The position numbers were made by a program, and so were the translations under genes. Source: an uncultured Gemmatimonadaceae bacterium (lineage in GTDB: Bacteria; Gemmatimonadota; Gemmatimonadetes; Gemmatimonadales; GWC2-71-9). Taken from it: DNA of 64,000 nucleotides. This document shows positions 63,981 through 64,000 of this stretch, piece after piece. Each line of letters starts with the position of its first letter. The stretch's first letter is position 1. Where the stretch lies: the NCBI GenBank assembly GCA_964638035.1, contig CAZWXD010000015.1:12289-76288 (forward strand). Reading direction: 5' to 3'. The notes beneath the pieces are model-generated. The model did not search any database and had not been told where the DNA came from. It saw only the letters and a program-made list of their open reading frames with translations.

Positions 63981-64000
63981 GTGATAGGCCTCGCCCGCTG

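Overview
Very GC-rich segment (third codon positions are almost always G/C) from the chromosome of a diderm bacterium, shown by TonB/ExbBD, an Omp85 barrel and many lipoprotein signals. The gene content reminds me of Gemmatimonadota-like organisms, but I cannot verify that. I support about 65 protein genes and one tRNA-Ala(UGC). I found no rRNA, CRISPR, transposase, integrase or phage genes. Many long ORFs in the six-frame track are antisense or out-of-frame artefacts of the high GC content. Several real genes start well inside the listed ORF, and I re-derived those starts.

Gene blocks in order:
- exbD-exbB-tonB.
- A lipoprotein / GAF-PAS kinase / OmpR regulator / HAMP kinase operon.
- sodA, a DUF411 protein and an MFS pump.
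- A six-gene minus-strand block ending in an atypical Omp85 protein, with five tightly packed genes.
- tRNA-Ala, followed by a membrane-anchored SARP + AAA regulator and a divergent PD40 lipoprotein.
- Secreted peptidases, then DoxX, clpP and msrA.
- A LuxR / rhodanese / MBL / soxZ / soxY cluster.
- A four-gene spt-GNAT-SDR-PAP2 operon.
- A cupredoxin and an ECF sigma / ZAS anti-sigma pair.
- A complete alternative complex III operon (actABCDEF).
- Ferritin, a ModBC-like ABC pair and dinB.
- Two tandem Ser/Thr kinases, then more S9 peptidases.

Most interesting observations:
1. The translationally coupled spt-GNAT-SDR-PAP2 operon looks like a bacterial ceramide / phosphosphingolipid pathway.
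2. A family of nested palindromes is built from tandem 8-bp RCGTCAGG units with a shared CGCGGTTTGCG core. They sit exactly at stop codons on both sides of the ACIII genes, and degenerate echoes occur at two other gene junctions.
3. A 1039-aa SARP-AAA regulator has a transmembrane helix and an extracytoplasmic domain.
4. An Omp85 barrel carries a PI3/4-kinase-like 'GDWDRH' N-terminal domain and is coupled to a metallophosphoesterase.
5. An orphan periplasmic SoxYZ / MBL / rhodanese module has no other sox genes nearby.
6. The two tandem Ser/Thr kinases share an uncharacterised ectodomain.
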